This document shows, piece after piece, positions 46,881 to 59,345 of a DNA stretch of 64,000 nt; position 1 is the stretch's first letter; every line of letters begins with the position of its first letter. Origin of the DNA: Heterodontus francisci (taxonomy: Eukaryota); NCBI RefSeq assembly GCF_036365525.1, contig NC_090404.1, forward strand, positions 3,534,001 through 3,598,000, given 5' to 3'. Below the pieces are notes generated by a model that was given only the letters and a program-made list of their open reading frames with translations, searched no databases and was not told the origin of the DNA. The translations under genes were made by a program, and so were the position numbers.

Positions 46881-47552
46881 TGTGGGCCTCTATTCGCCTG
46901 GTTCCATTTTAATCTAAATAACCGTAACAAGAGGATCACCATCAATGGCTTCTCTTCCCATTCCCGCCTCTTTCCTTACCCCCTCCTATTTTTCATCTAC
47001 ATGCTGTTCCTCATCTACATCAGCTGATACTGCAATGTCAGCTTTCACTTGTATACTGATAACACCCAGCTCTACCTCACCACCACCTTTATTCACCCTT
47101 CCACTTTGTCTAAATTATCAGGCAATCTTCAGACATCCAGGACTGAGTGAGCAGAAATTTCCCCCAACTAAATATTGGGAAGACAAAAGCCATTCTCGTC
47201 GGCCCCTACCAAAAGTTCCGTTCCCGAGCTACCCACTCCTGCCCTCTCCATGCTAACTGTCTGAGACTGAACCAAACAGCTTGCAATCTTGGTATCACAT
47301 TTGACCCCTACATGAACTTCTGACCACATGTCGGTGCTGTCACTAAAACCTCTTTCCATCACTGTAATCTCGCCCGACTTTGTTCCTGCCTCAGTTCAAT
47401 TCTGTTGAACCCTACATTCATGCATTTGTTACTTCCGGACATGATTATTCCAAGGTACTCATTGACGACATTCCTCAATCCATGATCAATAAGCTTAAAG
47501 TCATCCAAAACTTTGCTGAACCGTCCTTACTGGTTATGATTCCTTTTCATCT
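46881..47552 (+). mobile_element. Decayed L2-like remnant (continues at about 50000-50480)
   Basis: Collinear with 300-1270; split by a CR1 insertion. Confidence 0.7.
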
Positions 47553-49999
47553 GTAGTTGTTATGGGGGACTTTAACTTTCCTAATATCGAATGGAAATAC
47601 TACAGTTCGAGTACTTTAGATGGGTCAATTTTTGTCCAGTGTGTGCAGGAGGGTTTTCTGACACAGTATGTAGACAGGCCAACCAGGGGCGATGCCACAT
47701 TGGATTTGGTACTGGGTAATGAACCCGGCCAGGTGTTAGATTTACATGTAGGTGAGCACTTTGGTGATAGTGATCACAATTCGGTTAGGTTTACCTTCGC
47801 GATGGGCAGGGACAGGTATATACCACAGGGCAAGAATTATAACTGGGGGAAAGGAAATTATGATGCGATTAGGCAAGATTTAGGATGCGTAGGATGGGGA
47901 AGGAAACTGCAGGGGATGGGAACAATCGAAATGTGGAGATTATTCAAGGAGCAGCTACTGCGTGTCCTTGATAAGTATGTACCTGTGAGGCAGGGAGGAA
48001 GTTGTCGTGCGAGGGAGCCGTGGTTTACTAAAGAAGTTGAAGCGCTTGTCAAGAGGAAGAAGAAGGCTTATGTTAGGATGAGACGTGAAGGCTCAGTTAG
48101 GGCGCTTGAGAGCTACAAGCTAGCCAGGAAGGATCTAAAGGGAGAGCTAAGAAGAGCAAGGAGAGGACACGAGAAGTCATTGGTGGATCGGATCAGGGAA
48201 AACCCTAAGGCTTTCTATAGGTATATCAGGAATAAAAGAATGACTAGAGTTAGATTAGGGCCAATCAAGGATAGTAGTGGGAAGTTGTGTGTGGAATCAG
48301 AGGAGATAGGGGAAGTGTTAAATGAATATTTTGCGTCAGTATTTACAGTAGAGAAAGAAAATGTTGTTGAGAATACTGAGATTCAGGCTACGAGGCTAGA
48401 TGGGATTGAGGTTCACAAGGAGGAGGTGTTATCAATTTTGGAAAGTGTGAAAATAGATAAGTCCCCTGGGCCAGATGGGATTTATCCTAGGATTCTCTGG
48501 GAAGCCAGGGAGGAGATTGCAGAGCCTTTGTCCTTGATCTTTATGTCGTCATTGTCGACAGGAATAGTGTCGGAAGACTGGAGGATAGCAAATGTTGTCC
48601 CCTTGTTCAAGAAGGGGAGTAGAGACAGCCCTGGTAATTATAGACCTGTGAGCCTTACTTCGGTTGTGGGTAAAATGTTGGTAAAGGTTATAAGAGACAG
48701 GATTTATAATCATCTTGAAAAGAATAAGTTCATTAGAGATAGTCAGCACGGTTTTGTGACGGGTAGGTCGTGCCTCACAAACCTTATTGAGTTTTTCGAG
48801 AAGGGGACCAAACAGGTGGATGAGGGTAAAGCAGTGGATGTGGTGTATATGGATTTTAGTGAGGCGTTTGATAAGGTTCTCCACGGTAGGCTATTGCAGG
48901 AAATACGGAAGTATGGGGTTGAAGGTGATTTAGAGCTTTGGATCAGAAATTGGCTAGCTGAAAGAAGACAGAGGGTGGTGGTTGATGGCAAATGTTCATC
49001 CTGGAGTTTAGTTACTAGTGGTGTACTGCAAGGATCTGTTTTGGGGCCACTGCTGTTTGTCATTTTTATAAATGACCTGGATGAGGGTGTGGAAGGGTGG
49101 GTTAGTAAATTTGCGGATGACACTAAGGTCGGTGGAGTTGTGGATAGTGCCGAAGGATGTTGTAGGGTACAGAGGGACATAGATAGGCTGCAGAGCTGGC
49201 CTGAGAGATGGCAAATGGAGATTAATGCGGAAAAGTGCAAGGTGATTCACTTTGGAAGGAATAACAGGAATGCAGAGTACTGGGCTAATGGGAAGATTCT
49301 TGGTAGTGTAGATGAACAGAGAGATCTTGGTGTCCAGGTGCATAAATCCCTGAAGGTTGCTACCCAGGCTAATAGGGCTGTTAAGAAGGCATATGGTGTG
49401 TTAGCTTTTATTAGTAGGGGGATCGAGTTTCGGAGCCACGAGGTCATGCTGCAGCTGTACAAAACTCTGGTGAGGCCGCACCTGGAGTATTGCGTGCAGT
49501 TTTGGTCACCACATTATAGGAAGGATGTGGAAGCTATGGAAAGGGTGCAGAGGAGATTTACTAGGATGTTGCCTGGTATGGAGGGAAGGTCTTACGAGGA
49601 AAGGCTGAGGGACTTGAGGTTGTTTTCGTTGGAGAGAAGGAGGAGGAGAGGTGACTTAATAGAGACATATAAGATAATCAGAGGGTTAGATAGGGTGGAT
49701 AGTGAGCGTCTTTTTCCTCGGATGGTGATGGCAAACACGAGGGGACATAGCTTTAAGTTGAGGGGTGATAGATATAGGACAGATGTCAGAGGTAGTTTCT
49801 TTTCTCAGAGAGTAGTCGGGGCGTGGAACGCCCTGCCTGCAGCAGTAGTAGACTCGCCAACTTTAAGGGCATTTAAGTGGTCATTGGATAGACATATGGA
49901 TGAAAATGGAATAGTGTAGGTCAGATGGTTTCACAGGTCGACGCAACATCGAGGGCCGAAGGGCCTGTACTGCGCTGTAATGTTCTAATTCTAATAATA
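47553..49999 (+). mobile_element. Young 5'-truncated CR1 with a 785-aa open ORF2 fragment (47562-49919)
   Basis: MGDFN, SDH, QHGF, FADD motifs; flanked by atct at 47549-52 and 50000-03 (possible 4-bp TSD). Confidence 0.95.
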
Positions 50000-50499
50000 A
50001 TCTATCACCCCTGCTATCGCTGATCTACTTACACTCCCAATCAAGCAGTGCCTCGATTTGGAAGTGCTAATCCTTGTTTCAAATCCCACCATGGCCTCGC
50101 TCCTCATTATACGTATAATCACATCCAGCCGCTACAAGACTCTGTATATCGATAACGTTCGGCAGCCCCAACAGCCCTCCGAGATATCTGCTCTCGTCGA
50201 ATTATGGCCGGTTGCATGACTCCGATTTTAAAGCCGCTACCATTTTCGGCCGGGCATTCAGCTGCAAGCGCTCTAAGCTCTGGAAATATTTCCTAAACCT
50301 CTCTGCGTCTCTCTATCCTTCTTTAAGACAATTGTTAAAACTTAGCTCTTTACCCAAGTTTTTGGTCACCTGTCTTCATATCACCTAATGTCAAACTTTG
50401 CCACATGAAACTCCTCAGAAATGTCTCGGGATATTTTATTTCCGTAAAGGCACTGTATTAATATAAGTTGGTGTTGCTGCCTCTCTCAGTTTTTCTTTC

Positions 50500-50915
50500 T
50501 CAACCCTAAACCTAACTGTAACTCTAACACTAAACGTAATCCTAACCTGAACACTGAACCTTAAACCTAACGCCACCTGCAAACATAACCTAGCTATCGC
50601 CCTAACTGTCACACGAATCCCGAATGCAAGCGGAACAACAACTTTCATCCTAAGTCGAAATGTAACATTGGAAAAAACGTGAACTGAAACCCAAACCCTA
50701 ACCATATCACTCACCCTAAGCCTAATTGCAACGCAAAGCCTGACCCGAATCACACGAACACCAACTGCAACCCGAACCATAGCCCTAACCCTAAAGCTAA
50801 CTCTAAATCTCACTCTAACTCTAACACTAACATTAAACCTAACATTAAAACTATAACTCTACCTGCAACCCAAACCTGAACGCTAACCCTGAACCTAACT
50901 TTAATGCCTAACCTT
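50500..50915. repeat. Degenerate (CCCTAA)-like hexamer array
   Basis: ccctaa/ctctaa/cctgaa units with 6-bp periodicity. Confidence 0.75.
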
Positions 50916-50984
50916 ATCACAGACCGAAGCCAGACTGTCACTGTAAACCGAACAGTACCATAACTTTTCATTGAAAACTGTCAG

Positions 50985-51440
50985 TGAGACATCGCCCGTC
51001 TCAATTTCTCTTCCCCTCTCACTCACTCTAACCTGTCCTCCTCTGAACTTGCCGTGCTCCGTCCTCTCAGGTCTAATCCCATCATTGTCATCAAACCTGC
51101 AGACAAGGGTGGTGCTGTTGTTGTTAGGCGTACCGACCTCTACCCTGCAGAGGCTCAGCGCCAACTCTCAGACACTTCTTCCTACCTCCCTCTGGACCAT
51201 GATCCCACCAACTAACATCAAGCTACTGTCGACAGGACTGTCACTGACCTAATTTCCTCTGGAGATCTTCCCTCTACAGCTTGCAACCTCATAGCTCCAC
51301 AAGACTGAACAACCCACTTCTATCTCCTTACCAAAATCCACAAACAGGACTGTCCAGGCAGACCAATTGTTTCAGCCTGTTCCTGCCCCACTGAACTTAT
51401 TTCTTCCTATCTAGACCCTATCCTGCCTCACCTTGTGCAG
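50985..51440 (+). mobile_element. Penelope-like RT N-terminal fragment
   Basis: [42 protein letters not shown]. Confidence 0.85.
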
Positions 51441-54107
51441 TTGTCTGCACAACTCCTTCAAAAATCTTTTAACCCTTTCTCTTGCGGGTCCTATTTCCTC
51501 ACTAGCTGCTATGACATCCCCTGGCAACCTCATTTCCCTTCCTGTCATTATTAAGGTGTTTAATTTATCCTGATTATTATAAAGTCATTTTCTCTATGTG
51601 AGTTGTCTCACTGCACTGGCAGCATTACACTTTTCATGGCATGCTGTTTCTCAAGTCAGTAAACATGTTTGAGACCAGTTCATCAGGTGATCTTATAAAA
51701 AGATCAAAAATGGCCAGACTTTCAAATATAGCCCTCTTAAAAACTCATATCTCCAAGAGAAAACTATCAATTGCCAGTCTTATCTACACTTTCCTGACTT
51801 TCACTGGAAAATTCTAGACTTCTTTGAAATTTCACACGATATTAATTTAGCTGTTTGAATTCTAATTTCACCATTTGTTTATACCCAGAATTCCTTTATT
51901 CGCTCTTGCATCAGCCATATCTAATTGCCAATTTCCATTAATTATAATTCTATTTCATTTTGGGCCCTGAAGAACCTTTACAATCAATATTCATAATTCC
52001 TTAAAACAGAAATCAAACATTTCCATTTGATTCCAGGCATTACTATATATTGTTTGTTTGTTCTTTCTTACCTTAGATGACATTTTAATTCCTTAAATAA
52101 CTTGCCAAATTAAACCTGGATTTTCGACATCTCAGATTATTCCAAATTCAAATAACAGTAAATTTCCCTTTGAATGCTTTAAATAACCATTCATATCAAT
52201 TTAATTTTGTTTATCGATTCCAGTTTCTTATGCCCAGACTTGGTGATATTGCATTTTTTTTATTAAAGACAGAAGTGCTTGCAACTATTTCTCCTTCTCA
52301 AGCACTTTGTCTCATTGATAAAGATAGCTGCAGCTAGGTTAATTTCTTTGCTTGTCTCCAAGGGGGCGGAGCAAAGCATTCTCAGCTGTTTCGCTTTACG
52401 TAACCTTTTTTTCCTTTTCTAAAAGAACTAAACTCCATTTTAAACGGTTTTTTTGGTATCCCTAGGATTTTCAGACAACAAAATCTTTAGTAACGTTATC
52501 AACTTCAAAGGAAACCATCTCCATCAGGAAAGACAGCATTTTAGATTACACTCCAATTGTTTCCAAACTTTTAGCATCTTTTGTAAGAGATTTCTAGTCC
52601 AAGGATTTTATATGACCCAGATGATTACAAATTCCGGTTCACGTCAATAAACATTTAAAAGTTTTCCTCATCTTAACAGGTTAGTTAACCTTAACAGTAT
52701 TAATTTAATTCATACTTATTAACTTATACTACTTATTAACTACACACAGAACAGAATAGCACGTGCCTTTTTTAAAAGATAGGTAAATTACGTCATTTTT
52801 CTTCTTTCTTCAGGCGCCTTTTCAAATGACTGTAATAAAACCAAAAACTAAAGAAAAAGTTATTTAACATTCTTATAACAAAAGATTTAACACCAGCTTT
52901 TTAAACAGACAGAATCTTTCCCATTATCTCCTTTGTTTATCCATCTCTCCCTTAAACCAATATCCAATTCCTGACATTTGCTACGTAAAACAGTCAGTAA
53001 AACATGTCATTAATTTAAACTCCAAAAAAAACTAGAATAGATTTTAAACTGGAACTCCAATTAAAGCAGTAGTTGTAAACTTCAAATTGGATTTCTGCCA
53101 AACATCTTCAGAACTTCAAGGCTGAAGCTTATCTCTTAGAAAATTGTTCATTGCCTTTTCACAGTTGCAAAACCAACTTTTAAAATCAGAATAAAATTTT
53201 AACTTAAAATATAATTCAATTTTATATCCCATTCCTGGGTGCACAATCTTAAATCGAAATGAACTCACTCAACAATCATTTTTCACACTCATTCAATTCC
53301 AAACAACTTAACAGACTCATACTTTCAACATTAAAACCAGACAACAAAGAGTTAACGAAAGTCAGTTCTACAGAATACAAGTTCCACAGAACACAAGCTG
53401 TACATCCCAGACATTCAATTCATTCTTGGACGCTTCCAACATTCTCACAGTCGAATCAAAGACACAGTAACTTGTTTTTACTCTAAAACATAGTCTTTTA
53501 TGTCACTCTGCCATAAACATGTTGTCACCACTCCCTTTGTTTTGCGGCAGGGTCGTGGGGATTCCAATTAGATTTAATCATCTTATCGATAAGATTCTTG
53601 TTCTGAACTCCCAAATAACATGTAAGGGAACCCTCTGGTCCCCGCTCGAGCTCTATCTTTTCACTGGCCAGGCTTGGGTAGGATTAGAACCGTTAGAAAT
53701 CTACTCTCAGAGGTCCACTTTCAATCTAGTGCAACTTGTAGTAGACCGTCTCCTGGCTAACTGTCGGGTCACAAGTCTGTCAGTATTTCACACAACAAGC
53801 TTATGATATATATACGCATACATATATTCCAAACCCTTCTCGACAGTGCCCTACGTATCTTAACGAACTACCTACCACCGTTTGACCATTGGTCAGATCC
53901 TGTTCACAAACTTGGCATTCGTCGGTCGCCACACACCACCCGGCCCCAGGAAAAGCTTTAAAGATACTCACCCGGTATTCCTGATGGTATCAAGCGACCG
54001 CCGAATCCTGTTCTCAAGTTCGGGATCAGGCTCCAGCCAACACCCCCTTGGCCCCTTCGGGGTTACAGAAGAGCTGACTTACACCTGATCCTGTCGACTG
54101 CGCCAAT
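51440..54107 (-). mobile_element. ERV/LTR-element internal region (leader; non-coding or decayed; left boundary uncertain)
   Basis: Follows the PBS; carries splice-donor-like caggtgtaagt and ccgggtgagt on the minus strand; A-rich with no intact gag/pol. Confidence 0.5.
54088..54105 (-). promoter_or_regulatory. Primer binding site, tRNA-Ser-like
   Basis: TGGCGCAGTCGACAGGAT, 2 nt from an LTR-terminal CA; 16/18 match to TGGCGTAGTCGGCAGGAT (complement of the vertebrate tRNA-Ser 3' end, from memory). Confidence 0.75.
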
Positions 54108-54664
54108 TGCTAGCGGGAATGAATCTAGAAGAATTACTGGACACTCAGGTCTACTCCAATGTCAAACAGTTTCTTTAGTTATGCCAGTGGGGAGCAGGTC
54201 ACTGGGCTGTCCAGATGCCTCTCCACTGAACAAAGGAAAATCCACAACAGATATACAGTTACTCAGCCCATCCCTGCTGGACATAATCCAATCATAACGG
54301 TTATTGATTACATATATTACATTCATTACCAATAAAATTATTAATTATGCATCATGTGGTTGTGGGGATAGCTCATGGTACGCCCCTGACCATCTCAGCT
54401 TGTTTACCAAACCCCCCTTATCAACTATCCTTGATTCTTGACAATGAATCCTTCTACCTCTATCAGGCCTGCATTCCTAGTTGTTTTGTGTAGTCCGCAA
54501 ATAGACAGAGTAGCTGTCTTATGCACTGCCATGGGGGGCCCTCCTTGGTCAGGCTAATTGCCTGTGCTAAGCCGTACTATGCTCAAGGCTGCAAGCTAAC
54601 TAACTTGTCCCACAATGCCTTGGGTAAATACCCCATTTTGTAGCAATATGTGGCTACACTTTCA
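54108..54664 (-). mobile_element. 5' LTR (about 557 bp) of an ERV-like element
   Basis: Minus strand TGAAAG...CTAGCA termini, adjacent to the PBS. Confidence 0.65.
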
Positions 54665-54665
54665 T

Positions 54666-54713
<48 letters not shown>

Positions 54714-54767
54714 ATGAAAGTGTAGCCACATATTGCTTTGGGTAAATACCCCATTTTGTAGCAATAT
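54642..54767. repeat. Perfect 96-bp palindrome centred on (AT)21, plus a 30-bp direct duplication
   Basis: Arms 54642-54668 and 54711-54737 are exact reverse complements; 54738-54767 repeats 54620-54649. Confidence 0.92.
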
Positions 54768-55976
54768 ATATATATATGTGTGTATTTATTTAGCTGCATC
54801 GGCCACAATTTTTCCCTTTACATGTTCAAAGTCATGATGTGTTTTGATCGCGTGAATACGCTGGAACTGTTTCTGGTGATAGAAGGATCGGCAACCAGAG
54901 GATACAGATTGAGGGTAAATGCCAAACGAACCAGAGGCAATATGAGGGAAATGTATGTGACAGAGCGAAATGTTATGACCTGGAAGGCACTGCCTGAAAT
55001 GCTGGTGGAAGCAGATAGAATACTAATTTGCAAAATACAATTTGCTAAATATTTAAACGGGCCAAAATGAAGGGTTGTAGGAAACAGTGGGGCTGGGGGT
55101 GGTAGGGAGTGGGACTAATTGAACCGTTCTTTCACAGAAATGGCATAGTCCTGAGGGACGGAATGGCCTTCTCAGCTGTATCATTCTCGGAGTCTGTGAT
55201 TTACCAGCTCAATCAAACACTCCCTTGTTGACAGCTATTGCTAATGATCAAGGCTCATTATAATATATTACATAAAACAAGAGGAAATAGATAAATGTAA
55301 TCCTGAGCATTTCAAACCTCAACTTCCGATGGTGAAACAATGTTAATTCAAATTGATTCCAGGCTTCTCAGGTATGTTCCCCTCTTGTACAGCACGGCTG
55401 GTAGCACAGATGCTGACTGTCCGTGTAACTTTAAATCCAACATCAGAATAGCTCTGCCATTCTTGGAATTGTCTATAACATTCAACCATTTAGTAGATAA
55501 CCCACATGCACAATAATCCAAAGAATATGTGAACGAACACTCACATTTTCTAAAACTGTGGATGATTAAAGAATTGGACATCATTAATAGAGTGCGAAAC
55601 ATCAATCGTTTGGGAGTGGTGAAAGCGTTAAGAATCATGATTAGATGAAGAGGCACCAATCGGTTACAAGCTATTAGTTACTTGAGAATGTTTATGTTTG
55701 TGGGATCAGCAATGGATTGGAGCCATCAATGGATTGAAACAGTGAAGGACAAAAATGTTGAAAGATATCATTTGTTTTAGATTCTGGTGGCCTAGGAATT
55801 ATCTATGGATCTGGAAATGTCTCTCCATCCATTTTTCACTGTTTCTGTTCGTTGGTGCAGAGACAGTTTGTTACTGTTGATAACGGGATGCTGAGCAGGA
55901 ATGAAAACAGTGCACAAACCAGTTTAATAATCGTAGGTTAGAGGACAGATCCTCTTAGAAAAGGGGAGGGGTCAGT

Positions 55977-56212
55977 CGAGTCTTTACACAGAGGGTGGTG
56001 AGTGCCTGGAACTTGCTGCCGGGGAAGAAGCAGGTACGATAGCGACGTTTAAGAGGCATCTTGACAAATGCATGAATAGGATGGGAATAGAGGGATACGG
56101 TCCCCGGAACTGCAGAAGGTTTTAGTTTAGGCAGGCATCAAGACTGGCGCAGGCTTGGAGGGCCGAATAGCCTGTTCCTGTGCTGTACTGTTCTTTGTTC
56201 TTTGCTCTTCTT
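55977..56212 (+). mobile_element. Short CR1 3' end
   Basis: FTQRVVSAWNLLP and a (gttcttt)n tail. Confidence 0.8.
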
Positions 56213-56959
56213 TGAGTGTCAATCAAATCGGCACTGCTCGCCGAAAATCACATCGCCATTTTGCAGCGCTTTGTAACATTCACAAAGAATCTCAAGGTAT
56301 AAAGTTGGAGCGGAAGTTCGTGTGAAAAAGTAATTGCCAAATGGTCCCACACTGACATTTTATTGGATGTTCTCCACGACACTAAACAAGTACCACAACA
56401 GAATTGAAACCTTATGAAAAAAAAAAGATTTTGCATTGACCTCATGTTATAGAGCACTGTCCCTATATTCTTGTTCAAAATTATGATTGAAATCATTGTA
56501 TTTGGCAGCTTCACCGACTCAGCTGCGTCCGGCTGATGGACCATGTCCACTCTATCCATATGTCTTCATCACGGTGTCCCTCTCGCATCAATCTAAGCAC
56601 ATCTCACTGAAGAACTGACCTTACCAGTCCAACTCGTGAACAATACATACAATGTACATACATTAGCTTCAAGTTATGAAAAGTGAATCACAAACATGTA
56701 AATGTAGAACAACATCTTTCAGACCCATTTATCCATCTGTCCATCAATTCATCCATCCATCCATCAATTTCGTTCTTCGGCATGTTCAACAAAACATTCA
56801 GAGATCTAACTAGCCAGTCATTCCTGCATCGCTGCAGCCATCCCACCGTCCATCAACGCAAGCATGCATATGTATCTATTTCAGAATGTATCCTGTGTCT
56901 GAAGTTTTCTCCATTTGTCTGTCTGTCTAATCTGTCTATCTAACGAACTATCTGTATGC

Positions 56960-56998
<39 letters not shown>

Positions 56999-58486
56999 TC
57001 TATCTGTCTATGTGCCAATTTGTCTATCAAACTATCTATCTATTGAACTATCTATCTATCACAACCTCTGTCTATCTTTTTGTCTATGTACCTATCTATT
57101 TCCTTCTTTCTTTCTTTCTATCTATTAAAATGTGCTGGGCAGATTCTTCAGTGGACTGTTCCTATTAACAGGGTGTCTGAGACGCTGGATATATTTCCTT
57201 GCCTTGAAGATAAGAACAGTTCATATAAATGGAATTTAAAAAAAATAACAATTGACTCTTGTTGCTGGGTAGATTAGTTTCTGAATAGGCCTCATTGACA
57301 ATGTTAAAGATTTGATTTTCAGCCAAGCGGTCAGTAACGAGGAAACAGAACTTTTATTTACTGCACAGAACCCCCAGATGCTTCCTGTAGAAGGCATTAG
57401 GCGTTCAAGCCTCCCTGACGTTAGATGGCTGGGTTGCTGCCAAATACTGTGTGGGGCAGATTAGCGTGAATATGAATAGACAAAGATGGGATTTAAGCAT
57501 TTGTAAATTAACTTATTCAGTAGTGAGAAAGGAAACGTGTTCGTGGTATCGCATCTAAAGAATGACTATCATTACATTCAGCACTCAAATCATGATAAAA
57601 TAGGATCGCAACATACTAAATTGAGCCACGGGACAATTAAATATAATTCTAGATAATTAAGACCATTTATTCCGTGTTGCATGAAGTTCAAGGGAGAAAT
57701 GTTATTGACCCCACACACCGTCTTGAGATATGTGGGGGTCGTAAAACAAATAATTAAATAAGTAGGTACAATTGCCTTGAACCTGCTGCACTTCCTTTAA
57801 TATTCTCACAGAGCTGTAAATCATATTCAAGGACTGGTAACAGCTGCGAACTGGGCAGTTTAATTTATGATAACTTTGGATTGCTTAACAAGCCCTCTCA
57901 TATCGAGTGGGTAGAAAGTGGCCAGTTTGCGATCCCTTCCCACAACAGATAATAGTAATATAAAAGTAAATAAGAGCCTGCTGCGCCTTTCATGTCTGAT
58001 CTGAGTGTGGCCTCAACTCTACTTTCCAGCCTTGACTCCCTTGTAGATCAAAAATCTGTCTTTGATGTTCTGTAACGCACCGATAAGTCCTGATATACCG
58101 TGTTCCTGATGCCAGTGTATGTTGCACTGCCTGTCACTATTAGAGTTAGCTGCAATGATTTCGGAGTCGAGGAATGGGTTTGCTGATCGCCGTGTCGGTT
58201 CTGATTCACTAGCTTCTCTTTTTGCGAAAGCTGATCTGAGTTTTATCTGTGCCGTCAACTCACTCCTTAATTATTAGGAAGCGAACTTCTTTAAAAGCAA
58301 ATTTTCAAAGAACTGGCTTAGGGTAACAGAATCAGGAGTAGTACGAGAAATGCAGAGAGAGAGAGAGAGAGAGAGAAACTTATATAAAGTGAGGCGTTTC
58401 TATTCATCTCTTGCCCTAAATCGTGTAACTACAGCCATTAAAACTGAAAATAGAATCACTTCATTAATATCCCGCATTAAGAGTCA

Positions 58487-58803
58487 TAGAGAGATACAGC
58501 AATGCAACAGGCCCTTCTGCCCACCGAGTCTGTGCCGACCAACAACCACCCAATTATACTAATCCTACATTAATCCCATATTCCCCACACATCCCCACCA
58601 TTTTCCTACCACCTACCCATACTAGGGGCAATTTACAATGGCCAATTTACCTATCAACCTGCAAGTCTTTGGCTGTGGGAGGAAACCGGGGCACCCAGCA
58701 GAAACCCACGCGATCACAGGGAGAACTTGCAAACTCCGCACAGGCAGTACCCAGAACCAAACTCAGGTCGCTGGAGCTGTGAGGCTGCAGTGCTAACCAC
58801 TGT
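58487..58803 (-). mobile_element. HE1-like SINE
   Basis: Same consensus as the other copies. Confidence 0.85.
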
Positions 58804-59345
58804 ACCATAGTTGCATAAATCAATTTTTAAAAATCGATGGTACTTTATTGGTATAGATTGAGGGTATATATAAGAAATGGAGTAACATATACTAGCAGTC
58901 ACTTTAGACCCTGGTAACGTAATTTAATCTTAGGGATTAGCATCGTCTGCGAAGAGTTGAGGAAATAAAGGGATTTAATTCACAGCCCACAATGCAATGC
59001 AACTGAATACATGCATTCTCAACTGCAATATCGCCGTTTGCTACCAAGTAACACATTGCTTTGAAACTATACTGTCAAATAACTATCTCTGGATACAGTT
59101 AAAAAAAAATTTACATTTAATAATAACCCAGTGTAATGACATGAGTCCATTCTGTTAGTGATGCGGAACGTGGTACATGGATCCAGTAACCGCCTGTATC
59201 AGGGAATCAATAAGAGGCGCCTGTAACCTCGCCCACTTCTGCCTGGTATTTAAATATCAGGCGCTGGAACCGCAATGCAACAGTCCGGGAGCGGGTTTGC
59301 TCAGTCAGCTCTTGATCGAACCATTTTCCCCGAATTGACAGAAGG

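Noticed and set aside
57290-57380. tattactgc (YYC) motif suggesting another V
   Set aside because: No upstream Cys/Trp framework and no RSS.
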